50,058 nucleotides of DNA from Eubacteriales bacterium (GCA_045586225.1 JAZMZX010000101.1:1-50058); one strand, 5' to 3'; counted from the first letter of the stretch, positions 18,465-28,547 are shown. Numbers and translations are program-made. Notes: generated by a model not told the origin, from the letters alone.

Positions 18465-19259
18465 TTATTCCTCCGCGGGGGCATACACGCGGACCCAGTC
18501 CACGTACATTGCCATTTCGTTCGGCGCGCCCTCGGCGGAGCCGCCTGCGGCACCCACCGCGTGGTCCAGAAGAATGAAATGAGGCTGGCGGAACATTGGC
18601 ATCTCATCGGTGACGTCGGCACCGGAAACGAGCTCGCCGTCCACGAAAAATTCAATGCGGTGCGGAGTCCATTCAAGGGCGTAAACGTGGAAATCCTCGA
18701 AGGAGAGGGGCTTGCTGCGGGCTCTTGCAAGGTCGATGCCGCGGTATGAATGGGGCTCGGGATTGTATATGGCGCCGTGTGTGGTGGTGTCGCCAATGCC
18801 GGGATAGTGCTCAAAAATGTCGATCTCGCCGCAGTAGGGCCAGTTCACGCCGTCTCTTTTATAGTTGAAGCCTGCGCCCAGCGTCCAGAACGCGGGGAAG
18901 GAGCCTGCGGCTACGGGCACCTTTATCTTCGCTTCCCATCTGCCGTATTTCGCCGTGAAGGTACCCATGGTGCGGATGCTGCCGGACGTCCACTCAAAAT
19001 CCGTCATAACGCCGCGCTTCATCGCCCTTGCAGGCTCGCGGACGGCCTTGAGCACGAGGCAGCCGTTTTCAAGATACACGTTTTTCGGAGAATCCGTATA
19101 TGCCTGAAGCTCGTCGTTTCGGATGTATCCAAGCTCGTGGCTCCACACAGAGGTGTCGAGGGCGTCGCCGTTGAAATCGTCCTCAAAAACGAGGGCTCTT
19201 CCTTCGATATAGGGATCGGCGGGAAGGGGGATCTTTTCGGAAAATTCGCATTTATTCAT
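18465..19259 (-). CDS. glycoside hydrolase family 16 (no signal peptide)
   Basis: VFEDDF, NDELQAYT, YGRWEAKIK, FPAFW, catalytic WPYCGEIDIFE, FHVYALEW, MYVDWVRVY. Confidence 0.9.
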   Translation of the reverse strand: MNKCEFSEKIPLPADPYIEGRALVFEDDFNGDALDTSVWSHELGYIRNDELQAYTDSPKNVYLENGCLVLKAVREPARAMKRGVMTDFEWTSGSIRTMGTFTAKYGRWEAKIKVPVAAGSFPAFWTLGAGFNYKRDGVNWPYCGEIDIFEHYPGIGDTTTHGAIYNPEPHSYRGIDLARARSKPLSFEDFHVYALEWTPHRIEFFVDGELVSGADVTDEMPMFRQPHFILLDHAVGAAGGSAEGAPNEMAMYVDWVRVYAPAEE

Positions 19260-19448
19260 AATGATATCTCCTTGTGCTTGCGTCCTTTTTGCCTGAGCGG
19301 AGCCCGGACTGTGTCCCGGCCTTTACGTATACAATATAGCAAAAGCAATACTGCACCGTCAAGGGGCTCTCGCCGGAGTTTTGTGAAACTCCACGGATTT
19401 TTGGGCGGCGCAGGGCTTTGTTTTGTCGCTTCAAACGCCATTTTACCC

Positions 19449-19477
19449 TTGACAAAGTGACGAGTATATGGTATAAA
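19449..19477 (+). promoter_or_regulatory. sigma-A promoter of the pyr operon
   Basis: TTGACA-17 nt-TATAAA with TG extension. Confidence 0.7.
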
Positions 19478-19486
19478 ATAAATGTA

Positions 19487-19605
19487 TTTTTAAGTCGGTA
19501 CCGTGATGCCGGCAAGATTCGAAAAGGATATATTGGGGCGCGCTTACACCGTGCCGTCTTTCGACATGCTTTTTAGTCTTGCCCGGCGGCAAGACTTTTA
19601 TTTTT
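19487..19605 (+). promoter_or_regulatory. PyrR-type transcription attenuator leader
   Basis: PyrR-loop-like TTTAAGTCGGTACCGTGATGCCGGCAAG; terminator AGTCTTGCC-CGGC-GGCAAGACT-TTTATTTTT at 19575-19605. GGCAAGA at 19511-19517 can pair with the terminator 5' arm to form an antiterminator. Confidence 0.7.
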
Positions 19606-19624
19606 ATATTTGAGGAGAAGGACC

Positions 19625-20836
19625 ATGAAGAAGATGAGCTTTGAGCTTAGTTCCATAAAGAATCCCGACGTTAAAGACGCGGTCCTTTCGTTTCTTTCCC
19701 GTGGGGGAAATGTTCCCATCGTTAATAATGCTTTTATCGTTATGCCCGGCTTTTGCGATGTGCACGTACATTTTCGCGAACCGGGCTATATCTATAAAGA
19801 GACGGTAAAATCCGGCTCTATGGCGGCTGCAAGAGGCGGCTACACCACCGTGTGCACCATGCCGAATCTTTCCCCCGTGCCCGATTCCGTGGAGCATCTG
19901 CAGCTTCAGCTGGACGCTATCAGAGATACCGCTGAGGTGGAGGTGATCCCTTACGGCTCCATCACCGTTAACGAGGACGGAGAAGAGCTTGCGGACCTTG
20001 AGGGCATGGCGCCATACGTCTGCGGCTTTTCCGACGACGGACGAGGAGTTACCGACAAGGCGCTGATGAAGGCCGCAATGGAAAAGGCGGCGGCTCTCGG
20101 CAAGCTGATAGTGGCACACTGCGAGGACAAATCTCTTCTCGAGGGCGGCTACATCCACAATGGTAAATACGCAGCCGAGCACGGACACAGAGGCATCTCG
20201 AGCGAAAGCGAATATATCGAGATAGAGCGCGACATCCCGCTCGTGCGGGAAACGGGTGTGGCATACCACGTGTGCCACGTTTCCGCCAAGGAGAGCGTTG
20301 AGATCATCCGCCGCGCAAAGGCTGAGGGCGTGAACATAACGGCAGAAACGGGACCACACTATCTGGTTCTCTCGGATGAGGACCTCCGCGAGGAGGGAAG
20401 ATTTAAAATGAACCCGCCCCTGCGCGGACGGGAGGATATGGCGGCGCTGCGTGAGGGTATTCTGGACGGCACCATCGATATGATAGCAACGGACCACGCG
20501 CCTCACTCCGCTGAGGAAAAATCCCGTGGGCTTGAAAAGAGCCTTTTCGGTATCGTGGGCCTTGAGACCGCCTTCCCCGTCCTTTATACGGAGCTGGTGA
20601 AAAAAGGCGTGCTGACGGTGGAAAAGCTTGCGGAGCTTATGTCGTCGGCGCCCCGCGCACGCTTCGGCTTTGAGGGAGATGCGGGCTTCACGGTGTTTGA
20701 GGTAAAAACACCCTACGTGATAAACGAAGAAGATTTCCTTTCCGCCGGAAAGAGCACACCCTTCTCCGGCGCTGAGGTGTACGGAAAATGCGTGCTCACC
20801 GTCAAGGACGGCGAGGTGCTCTATTCCGATCTCTGA
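19625..20836 (+). CDS. pyrC: dihydroorotase
   Basis: PGFCDVHVHFREPG, CTMPN, FSDDG, YHVCHVS, KMNPPLR, IATDHAPH. Confidence 0.93.
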   Translation: MKKMSFELSSIKNPDVKDAVLSFLSRGGNVPIVNNAFIVMPGFCDVHVHFREPGYIYKETVKSGSMAAARGGYTTVCTMPNLSPVPDSVEHLQLQLDAIRDTAEVEVIPYGSITVNEDGEELADLEGMAPYVCGFSDDGRGVTDKALMKAAMEKAAALGKLIVAHCEDKSLLEGGYIHNGKYAAEHGHRGISSESEYIEIERDIPLVRETGVAYHVCHVSAKESVEIIRRAKAEGVNITAETGPHYLVLSDEDLREEGRFKMNPPLRGREDMAALREGILDGTIDMIATDHAPHSAEEKSRGLEKSLFGIVGLETAFPVLYTELVKKGVLTVEKLAELMSSAPRARFGFEGDAGFTVFEVKTPYVINEEDFLSAGKSTPFSGAEVYGKCVLTVKDGEVLYSDL

Positions 20837-20881
20837 TAAAACGGTCAATAATGAATTCAAATAGATAAAGAGGGCAAAAAC

Positions 20882-23800
20882 GTGGCAAAAAGAACAGATT
20901 TGAAAAAGATAATGATCATCGGCTCGGGTCCTATCGTCATCGGTCAGGCGGCAGAATTCGACTACGCGGGCACACAGGCCTGCCTTGCTCTTAAGGAGGA
21001 GGGCTACGAGGTCGTGCTCTGCAACTCCAACCCCGCAACGATAATGACGGATACGTCTATGGCGGATAAGGTATACATGGAGCCGTTGACCCTTGAATAC
21101 GTGGCGAAGATACTTCGCTACGAGCGCCCCAACGCCATCATCCCCGGCATCGGCGGACAGACGGGCCTCAATCTTGCAATGCAGCTGGAGCGCAAGGGCG
21201 TTCTCAGAGAATGTCAGACAGAGCTTATAGGCACAAGCAGCAAGTCTATCGAGCTTGCGGAGGACAGAGAGCTTTTCAAGGAGCTTTGCCAGTCCATCGG
21301 TGAACCCACCATCCCTTCCGAGATCACGTATTCCATTGAAGAAGCAACGGCTGCAGCCGAAAGGATCGGATACCCCGTTGTTCTTCGCCCCGCGTTCACT
21401 CTCGGCGGCACGGGCGGCGGATTTGCAAACAATGAGACCGAGCTTTACGACATCGGTCTTAACGCCTTCGCTCTTTCTCCCACCCATCAGGTGCTTATCG
21501 AAAAGAGCGTACGCGGCTATAAGGAGATCGAATTTGAAATGATGCGCGACGGTGAAGACAACGTTATCACCATTTGCGGCATGGAAAACATCGACCCTGT
21601 GGGCGTTCACACCGGCGACTCTGCCGTTGTTGCCCCCATCCTTACCCTCAACGAGCACGACCATAAGATGCTCAACGACAGTGCTGTCAAGCTTATCCGC
21701 GCGCTTAAGATCGAGGGCGGCTGCAACGTTCAGTTTGCTCTCAATCCCTACACCAGCGAATACTTCCTCATTGAGGTGAATCCCCGCGTTTCCCGCTCCT
21801 CCGCTCTTGCATCCAAGGCAAGCGGCTATCCCATCGCAAAGGTAACGGCGAAGATCGCGGTGGGTATGACTCTCGACGAGATCACCATCGCAAACACGAC
21901 GGCGGCAACTGCACCCCGTCTTGACTATATCGTGTCCAAGCTCCCCCGCTTCCCCTTCGATAAGTTCACCGCGGCTCAGAACACTCTCGGCACGCAGATG
22001 AAGGCAACGGGCGAGATCATGGGCATCGGCTCGAATCTTGAAGAGTGCCTCCTCAAGTCTGTGCGTTCCCTTGAGATCGGAGCCGATCACTTCCACCTTG
22101 CAAAGTTCGACAAGATGGATAAGGCTGAGATCCTCGAATACATCAAAGAATTCAAGGATGATAACCTTTTCGCTGTGGCACAGCTTCTCCGCCTGGGAAC
22201 TACCGTAGAGGAGCTCCACGAGATCACGAAGATCACCCCCTACTTCCTCCGCGCCATGGAAAATATCGTGAAGGAGGAGAAGATCATCAAGGAAAATCCC
22301 GGTGACGTGAACGTTCTCCGCCACGCAAAGGAAATGGGCTTTGCGGATACCGTTATCGCAAGATTCTGGGGCACAAGCGAGATCTCCGTTTTCGATGCCC
22401 GCCGCGAAAACGGCATTATGCCCGTTTACAGAATGGCAGACACCCTTCACACCGGCGCATACATTCCCTATTTCTATTCATCCTACACCGGTGAGAATGA
22501 TTCTATCGTCACCGACAGAAAGAAGATCATCGTTCTGGGCGCAGGTCCCATCAGAATCGGTCAGGGCGTTGAATTCGACTATTCCACCGTTCACGCTGTG
22601 GGCACCATCAAGCGCTCCGGCTACGAGGCTATCATCATAAACAATAACCCCGAAACGGTATCCACCGACTATACCACCTCCGATAAGCTCTATTTTGAGC
22701 CTCTCACTCCCGAGGATGTGATGAACATCATCGTCACCGAAAAGCCGGAGGGTGTTATCGCTTCTCTCGGCGGACAGACCGCCATCAACCTTGCCGCTCC
22801 CCTTTCCTCCCGCGGTGTGAAGATCATCGGCACCGACACCGAGGCTATCGACAGAGCGGAAAACAGAGATGCATTCGAAAAGCTCCTTTCCGAGCTTAAG
22901 ATCCCCCAGCCCAAGGGCAAGGCGGTGACCGATATCGAGGAAGGCGTCAGAGCAGCGGCAGAGATCGGATATCCCGTTCTCGTTCGTCCCTCCTTCGTTC
23001 TGGGCGGCAGAGCCATGCAGATCGTTGGCGGTGAGGAGCAGCTCCGCCACTACCTTAAGACGGCAGTTGAGATCGATGCTGAAAAGCCCGTTCTCGTTGA
23101 CAAATACATAATCGGTAAGGAGGTTGAGATCGACGCCGTGTGCGACGGACGCGACGTTTTCGTTGCGGGCATCATGGAGCTTGTTGAAAGAACCGGTATC
23201 CACTCCGGCGACTCCATCAGCGTTTATCCCTCCTTCTCCATCTCCCCCAAGGTTAAGGGCACCATCCTCACCTATGCGAAAAAGCTTGGCCTCGGCATAG
23301 GCATCGTGGGACTTTACAATATCCAGTTTATCGTTGACGAAAAGGACGACGTTTACGTTATCGAGGTAAACCCCCGTTCCTCCAGAACGGTTCCGTTCCT
23401 TTCCAAGTCCACAGGCTACAGCCTTGCAGACATCGCCACCGAGGTCATCCTCGGAAAGAGCCTCAAGGAGCAGGGCATCTTCGATCTCTATCCTCAGGAA
23501 AAGGACCGCTGGTACGTTAAGGCGCCCGTGTTCTCCTTCAGCAAGATCAGAGGCCTCGATGCGTACCTCTCCCCCGAAATGAAGTCCACCGGTGAAGCTA
23601 TCGGCTACGACGACAAGCTGAACCGCGCCCTTTATAAGGCGCTTCAGGCATCGGGCATGAAGCTTCAGAATTACGGCACCGTTTTCGTTACCGTTTCCGA
23701 CAAGGACAAGGCAGAGGCGCTTCCTCTTATCCGCCGCTTCTATAACCTGGGCTTCAATATCGAGGCAACGGCAGGCACCGCAAAATATCTTAAGGCAAAC

Positions 23801-24055
23801 GGCATCCGCACAAGAGTGCTTGCAAAGATCACGGACGGCAGCAGCGACATCGCCGACGCGCTCCGTCAGGGCCATATCGCATACGTTATCAACACAAGCG
23901 ACATCAGCTCCGCGGCAGGCCATAAGGACGGCCACGAGATCCGCCGTATCGCAACGGAAAACAACATCACCATGTTCACGGCACTGGACACCGTGCGCGT
24001 GCTTCTGGACGTTTTAGAGGAGACCACCATCTGCGTTTCCACCATCGATTCCTGA
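20882..24055 (+). CDS. carB: carbamoyl-phosphate synthase large subunit
   Basis: IGSGPIVIGQAAEFDYAG, NSNPATIMTD, IEVNPRVSRSS, GPIRIGQGVEFDY, EMKSTGE; 1057 aa. Confidence 0.97.
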   Translation: MAKRTDLKKIMIIGSGPIVIGQAAEFDYAGTQACLALKEEGYEVVLCNSNPATIMTDTSMADKVYMEPLTLEYVAKILRYERPNAIIPGIGGQTGLNLAMQLERKGVLRECQTELIGTSSKSIELAEDRELFKELCQSIGEPTIPSEITYSIEEATAAAERIGYPVVLRPAFTLGGTGGGFANNETELYDIGLNAFALSPTHQVLIEKSVRGYKEIEFEMMRDGEDNVITICGMENIDPVGVHTGDSAVVAPILTLNEHDHKMLNDSAVKLIRALKIEGGCNVQFALNPYTSEYFLIEVNPRVSRSSALASKASGYPIAKVTAKIAVGMTLDEITIANTTAATAPRLDYIVSKLPRFPFDKFTAAQNTLGTQMKATGEIMGIGSNLEECLLKSVRSLEIGADHFHLAKFDKMDKAEILEYIKEFKDDNLFAVAQLLRLGTTVEELHEITKITPYFLRAMENIVKEEKIIKENPGDVNVLRHAKEMGFADTVIARFWGTSEISVFDARRENGIMPVYRMADTLHTGAYIPYFYSSYTGENDSIVTDRKKIIVLGAGPIRIGQGVEFDYSTVHAVGTIKRSGYEAIIINNNPETVSTDYTTSDKLYFEPLTPEDVMNIIVTEKPEGVIASLGGQTAINLAAPLSSRGVKIIGTDTEAIDRAENRDAFEKLLSELKIPQPKGKAVTDIEEGVRAAAEIGYPVLVRPSFVLGGRAMQIVGGEEQLRHYLKTAVEIDAEKPVLVDKYIIGKEVEIDAVCDGRDVFVAGIMELVERTGIHSGDSISVYPSFSISPKVKGTILTYAKKLGLGIGIVGLYNIQFIVDEKDDVYVIEVNPRSSRTVPFLSKSTGYSLADIATEVILGKSLKEQGIFDLYPQEKDRWYVKAPVFSFSKIRGLDAYLSPEMKSTGEAIGYDDKLNRALYKALQASGMKLQNYGTVFVTVSDKDKAEALPLIRRFYNLGFNIEATAGTAKYLKANGIRTRVLAKITDGSSDIADALRQGHIAYVINTSDISSAAGHKDGHEIRRIATENNITMFTALDTVRVLLDVLEETTICVSTIDS

Positions 24056-24095
24056 CATTTGTCAGCACAATAAGTACGGAGAAAACTGCGAACAC

Positions 24096-24839
24096 ATGAA
24101 AGAAAACATTTTTACGGTCAAAAAGAACGTGTTACTTGCTCCGGGCGTGTATAAAATGGTGCTTTCGGGCGATATCTCCGCCATCACCATGCCCGGCCAG
24201 TTCATAAATATCAAGCTGGACGAGCTTTACCTCCGCCGCCCCATTTCGGTTAACGACTGTACTGAAGGCGAGGTAACGGTGGTTTACCGCGTTGTGGGTA
24301 AGGGCACCGAGGCTATGGCGGAGATGGGTGAGGGAAAGGAGCTTTCCGTGCTCACCGGTCTCGGCAATGGCTTTGACGTGGAAAAGAGCGGAGACCGTCC
24401 CCTTCTCGTGGGCGGCGGCGTTGGAATACCGCCCCTTTACCTGCTCGCCAAAAAGCTTATCGCGCGCGGCGTGAAGCCCGCAGTTGTGCTTGGCTTCAAC
24501 ACAAAGGGAGAGATCTTCCTTGAGGAAGATTTCCGTGCCCTCGGCATCGACGTTTACGTTGCCACGGCAGACGGCTCCTACGGCACCCGCGGCTTCGTAA
24601 CCGACGTTATGAAGGAGCTTTCATACACGTATTTTTATTCCTGCGGACCGATGCCCATGTACCGCGCAATGGAAAAGGTGGCATCATCCGACGGCGAATA
24701 CAGCCTTGAAGAGCGCATGGGCTGCGGCTTTGGCGCCTGCATGGGCTGCTCCTGCAAAACAATCCTCGGAAATAAGCGCGTTTGCGCCGACGGTCCCGTC
24801 TTCGGCAGAAAGGAGATCATATGGCAGACACAAGAGTAA
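24096..24839 (+). CDS. pyrK: dihydroorotate dehydrogenase electron transfer subunit
   Basis: PGQF, RRPIS, GGGVGIPP, CGP, EERMGCGFGACMGC..VCADGPVF. Confidence 0.95.
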   Translation: MKENIFTVKKNVLLAPGVYKMVLSGDISAITMPGQFINIKLDELYLRRPISVNDCTEGEVTVVYRVVGKGTEAMAEMGEGKELSVLTGLGNGFDVEKSGDRPLLVGGGVGIPPLYLLAKKLIARGVKPAVVLGFNTKGEIFLEEDFRALGIDVYVATADGSYGTRGFVTDVMKELSYTYFYSCGPMPMYRAMEKVASSDGEYSLEERMGCGFGACMGCSCKTILGNKRVCADGPVFGRKEIIWQTQE

Positions 24840-25738
24840 CGCTCTCGGGCTGGGAGCTTGACAATCCCGTGATCCCCGCATCGGGCACCTTCGGATTCGG
24901 CAAGGAATTTGCCAAGATATACGATATAAACTGCCTCGGCACCTTCTCCTTCAAGGGTACGACCCTTGAGCCCCGCCCCGGCAATCCTCTGCCCCGTATC
25001 GCAGAGTGCAGCTCCGGCATGCTCAATTCCGTCGGCCTTGAGAATCCCGGCGTTGATAAGGTCATATCCCACGAGCTTCCCGAGCTTAAGAAGTTCTTTC
25101 ATAAAAAGGTCATCGCAAACGTCAGCGGATTCTCCATTCAGGAGTATTCCGAGGTGTGCAGAAGGCTCGACGCCGAGGACATTGTCGGCCTTTTCGAGGT
25201 GAACATCAGCTGCCCCAACGTGCGTCACGGCGGAATGAGCTTCGGCACCTCCCCCGAGGCGGCGGCAGCCGTTACCGAGGCTGTAAAAAAGGTGACGACG
25301 AAGCCCGTTTACATCAAGCTCACCCCCAACGTCACCGACGTTGTGGCTATAGCCAAGGCCTGCGAGGCGGCAGGGGCTGACGGTCTTTCTCTCATTAACA
25401 CCATGCTCGGCATGCGCATCGATCTTAAAACGAGAAAGCCCATCCTCGCAAACTGCTACGGCGGCGTTTCGGGTCCCACCGTGTTCCCCGTTGCGCTCCG
25501 TATGGTACATCAGGTATATTCCGCTGTGAACATTCCCATAATCGGTATGGGCGGCGTTTCCTCCGCTGAGGACGTTATTGAAATGATGCTTGCAGGCGCC
25601 ACCGCAGTTGAGGTGGGTGCCGCAAACCTTGTTGATCCCTTCGCTTCCAAAAAGATCGTTGAGGATCTGCCCCGTGTAATGGGAAAATACAAAATCGAAA
25701 ATCTTAAAGACATAATAGGAGGAGCACACAATGGGTAA
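24821..25738 (+). CDS. pyrD: dihydroorotate dehydrogenase (class 1B) catalytic subunit
   Basis: ASGTFG, GMLNSVGLENPG, EVNISCPNV, KLTPNVTD, INT, GGVSGP; RBS AGGAG precedes ATG 24821. Confidence 0.95.
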   Translation: MADTRVTLSGWELDNPVIPASGTFGFGKEFAKIYDINCLGTFSFKGTTLEPRPGNPLPRIAECSSGMLNSVGLENPGVDKVISHELPELKKFFHKKVIANVSGFSIQEYSEVCRRLDAEDIVGLFEVNISCPNVRHGGMSFGTSPEAAAAVTEAVKKVTTKPVYIKLTPNVTDVVAIAKACEAAGADGLSLINTMLGMRIDLKTRKPILANCYGGVSGPTVFPVALRMVHQVYSAVNIPIIGMGGVSSAEDVIEMMLAGATAVEVGAANLVDPFASKKIVEDLPRVMGKYKIENLKDIIGGAHNG

Positions 25739-26429
25739 GGACGTAATTATTGCCTGTGATTTCGCAAGCGCCGAGGAGGTTATGAGCTTCCTCAATCTTT
25801 TCGGAGAAGAGAAGCCTTTTATCAAGATAGGCATGGAGCTTTTCTATGCAGAGGGCCCCGAGATGGTACGCGAGCTCAAGCGCCGCGGCCACAAGATCTT
25901 CCTGGACCTCAAGCTTCACGATATTCCCAACACCGTTAAAAAGGCAATGAGAGTGCTTTCCCGCCTCGACGTTGATATGTGCAACGTTCACGCGGCAGGC
26001 ACCATGGCAATGATGCAGGGCGCCATCGAGGGTCTCACCCGCGAGGACGGCACCCGTCCCCTTCTTATCGCGGTAACTCAGCTCACCTCCACCGACCAGG
26101 AGGCTATGGAGCGCGATCTTCTCATCCGCGAGCCCATCGATCAGGTGGTTATGCATTACGCTGAAACTGCGAAGAATTCCGGCCTCGACGGCATCGTTTG
26201 CTCTCCCCTTGAGGCAGGCAAGGTGCACGGCCGTTGCGGCGATGAATTCATCACCGTTACCCCCGGCGTTCGCTTTGCAGACGGCGACGTTGGCGACCAG
26301 AAGAGAGTTATGACTCCCGCAGCCGCTAAGGAGGTTGGCTCCGACTATATCGTTGTGGGCAGACCCATCACCGCTGCTGCAGACCCCGTTGCTGCATACC
26401 GCCGCTGCGTTGCAGAGTTCGTTGGCTGA
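25731..26429 (+). CDS. pyrF: orotidine-5'-phosphate decarboxylase
   Basis: KIGMEL, FLDLKLHDIPNTV, VTQLTS, VTPGVR, VVGRPIT. Confidence 0.96.
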   Translation: MGKDVIIACDFASAEEVMSFLNLFGEEKPFIKIGMELFYAEGPEMVRELKRRGHKIFLDLKLHDIPNTVKKAMRVLSRLDVDMCNVHAAGTMAMMQGAIEGLTREDGTRPLLIAVTQLTSTDQEAMERDLLIREPIDQVVMHYAETAKNSGLDGIVCSPLEAGKVHGRCGDEFITVTPGVRFADGDVGDQKRVMTPAAAKEVGSDYIVVGRPITAAADPVAAYRRCVAEFVG

Positions 26430-26452
26430 TAGAAATTAAGGAGGACGAAAAA

Positions 26453-27109
26453 ATGGAAGGCTACAAAAGAGAGTTTATTCAGTTTTTAGAGGGCGCTGGC
26501 GTTCTCAAGTTTGGTGACTTCACTGCTAAATCCGGACGCAAGATCCCCTATTTCATCAATGCAGGCATGATCAAGACCGGTGACCAGATCGCAAAGGTCG
26601 GCGAATTCTATGCAAAGGCATATTTCGAAAAGCTGGGCAAAAAGCCCACAGTTCTTTACGGACCCGCATACAAGGGCATTTCCCTTTCCGTTTCCGCTGC
26701 AGTTGCACTGAGCAAAAACGGACTCGACGTTCCCTTCTTCTTCAACCGCAAGGAAGTGAAGGACCACGGCGAGGGCGGCGTTTTTGTTGGTTACGTTCCC
26801 CAGCCCGGCGAGGAGATCGTTATCGTTGAAGACGTTATCACCGCAGGCACCGCTATCCGCGAATCCATGGAGATCCTCAGCCATCTCGAGGGCACCAAGG
26901 TGATCGCAACCTTCATCCTTGTTGACCGCAAGGAAAAGGGCAAGGGTGAAAAGCTGGCTATGCAGGAGGTCGAGGATGAATTCGGATTCCCCGTTTACTC
27001 CGTCGTTGACGTTTACGACATAATCGAGTACCTGGAAGAGGATCCCGCAAACGAAGAAAACGTAACGCGCATCAAGAATTATCTCGCCGTAAACGGCGCG
27101 GGTGCGTGA
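26453..27109 (+). CDS. pyrE: orotate phosphoribosyltransferase
   Basis: LKFGDFTAKSGR, GPAYKGI, NRKEVKDHGEGG, IVEDVITAGT. Confidence 0.96.
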   Translation: MEGYKREFIQFLEGAGVLKFGDFTAKSGRKIPYFINAGMIKTGDQIAKVGEFYAKAYFEKLGKKPTVLYGPAYKGISLSVSAAVALSKNGLDVPFFFNRKEVKDHGEGGVFVGYVPQPGEEIVIVEDVITAGTAIRESMEILSHLEGTKVIATFILVDRKEKGKGEKLAMQEVEDEFGFPVYSVVDVYDIIEYLEEDPANEENVTRIKNYLAVNGAGA

Positions 27110-27146
27110 ACGGATATTTCGTGACTCTTAACGGAGGAAACACAAA

Positions 27147-28064
27147 ATGAGAAACGTTATAAACATTTCGGACCTTTCCGTTGCCGAGATAGACGAGCTT
27201 ATCGAGGTGGCGGAGGATATCATCGATAACCGCGAAAAGTATAACGAGGTCGCAAAGCACAAGACCTTGGCGACTCTTTTCTTCGAGCCCTCGACGAGAA
27301 CCAGACTCAGCTTTGAATCCGCAATGCTTTCCCTGGGCGGAAACGTGCTCGGATTCTCCGATGCAAACTCCTCGTCTGCCTCCAAGGGCGAAAGCGTTGC
27401 CGATACCGTTTCCGTTGTGAGCGGATACGTTGACATTATCGCAATGCGTCATCCCAAGGAGGGCGCGCCGCTGGTTGCGTCGATGCACTCTCTCGTTCCC
27501 ATTATCAACGCAGGTGACGGCGGTCATCATCACCCCACTCAGACACTCACCGACCTTCTCACCATCCGCCGCGAGAAGGGAAGGCTCAATAATCTCACCA
27601 TTGGCCTTTGCGGCGACCTTAAATTCGGACGCACCGTTCATTCCCTCATAGAGGCAATGTCCAGATACGAGGGCATCAAGTTCGTTCTCATCTCTCCCGA
27701 TGAGCTGAAGCTTCCCAGCTTCGTGAAGGAATCCTTCATCAAGAACCGCGGCATCGAATACGTTCAGTGCTCCTCTCTCGAGGAGGTCATCGGCGATCTT
27801 GACATCCTTTATATGACCCGTGTACAACAGGAGCGCTTCTTCAACGAAGAGGACTATCTCCGCCTGCGCGACACATATATTCTCACAACGGACAAGCTTG
27901 CTCTCGCAAAGCAGGATATGATAGTGCTCCATCCGCTGCCCCGCGTGAACGAGATCTCCACCGCTGTGGACAGCGACCCCCGCGCTTGCTACTTCAAGCA
28001 GGCACACAACGGCAGATTCGTGCGTATGGCGCTTATTATGAAGCTTCTTGGGCTCAAGGCATAA
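27147..28064 (+). CDS. pyrB: aspartate carbamoyltransferase catalytic subunit
   Basis: [47 protein letters not shown]. Confidence 0.97.
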   Translation: MRNVINISDLSVAEIDELIEVAEDIIDNREKYNEVAKHKTLATLFFEPSTRTRLSFESAMLSLGGNVLGFSDANSSSASKGESVADTVSVVSGYVDIIAMRHPKEGAPLVASMHSLVPIINAGDGGHHHPTQTLTDLLTIRREKGRLNNLTIGLCGDLKFGRTVHSLIEAMSRYEGIKFVLISPDELKLPSFVKESFIKNRGIEYVQCSSLEEVIGDLDILYMTRVQQERFFNEEDYLRLRDTYILTTDKLALAKQDMIVLHPLPRVNEISTAVDSDPRACYFKQAHNGRFVRMALIMKLLGLKA

Positions 28065-28076
28065 GGGAGGAAAAGT

Positions 28077-28493
28077 ATGAATATTGACAGCATTAAAAAC
28101 GGCATCGTTATAGACCATATTCCCGCAGGCCGCGCTATGCAGCTTTATAATATGCTGAAGCTGGACAGGCTCGATTGCTCCGTTGCAGTGATAAAGAACG
28201 CTCCCAGCTCCAAGATGCAGAAAAAGGATATCATCAAGATCGATGCTCCCATCGAATTCAACATGGACGTTATCGGATTCATTTCCCCCAACGCCACCGT
28301 TAATATCATCAGAAACGGTGAAACCGTTGAGAAGCGTTATCTTGGGCTTCCCGAAAGGCTCACGGGCATCGTTAAGTGCAAAAACCCCCGCTGCATCACC
28401 ACCACAGAGCAGGGTATCGAGCATGTTTTCGTGCTTACCGACAAGGATAAGACGGAGTACAGATGCTATTACTGTGACACTAAGGCTGAGTAA
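28077..28493 (+). CDS. pyrI: aspartate carbamoyltransferase regulatory subunit
   Basis: IKNGIVIDHI, KKDIIKI, and Zn ligands CKNPRC and CYYC. Confidence 0.93.
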   Translation: MNIDSIKNGIVIDHIPAGRAMQLYNMLKLDRLDCSVAVIKNAPSSKMQKKDIIKIDAPIEFNMDVIGFISPNATVNIIRNGETVEKRYLGLPERLTGIVKCKNPRCITTTEQGIEHVFVLTDKDKTEYRCYYCDTKAE

Positions 28494-28526
28494 CCTCAAC
28501 CCGGCTGAGTAACCTCATCTCAGCCG
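28484..28526. repeat. short tandem direct repeat with an inverted copy
   Basis: GGCTGAGTAACCTCA at 28484-28498 and 28503-28517 (period 19), then the inverted CTCAGCCG at 28519-28526. Confidence 0.8.
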
Positions 28527-28547
28527 AGTCGATCGGATACAATAATC

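Noticed and set aside
19604-23935. Very long antisense ORFs (948 aa and 485 aa) opposite pyrC/carB, with similar ones opposite pyrD, pyrB, the ABC genes, pncB and uxaA
   Set aside because: Shadow frames caused by the codon bias of the sense genes; no motifs or RBS.
28484-28530. Mini-CRISPR array
   Set aside because: Only two 15-bp units with a 4-bp gap, and no cas genes.
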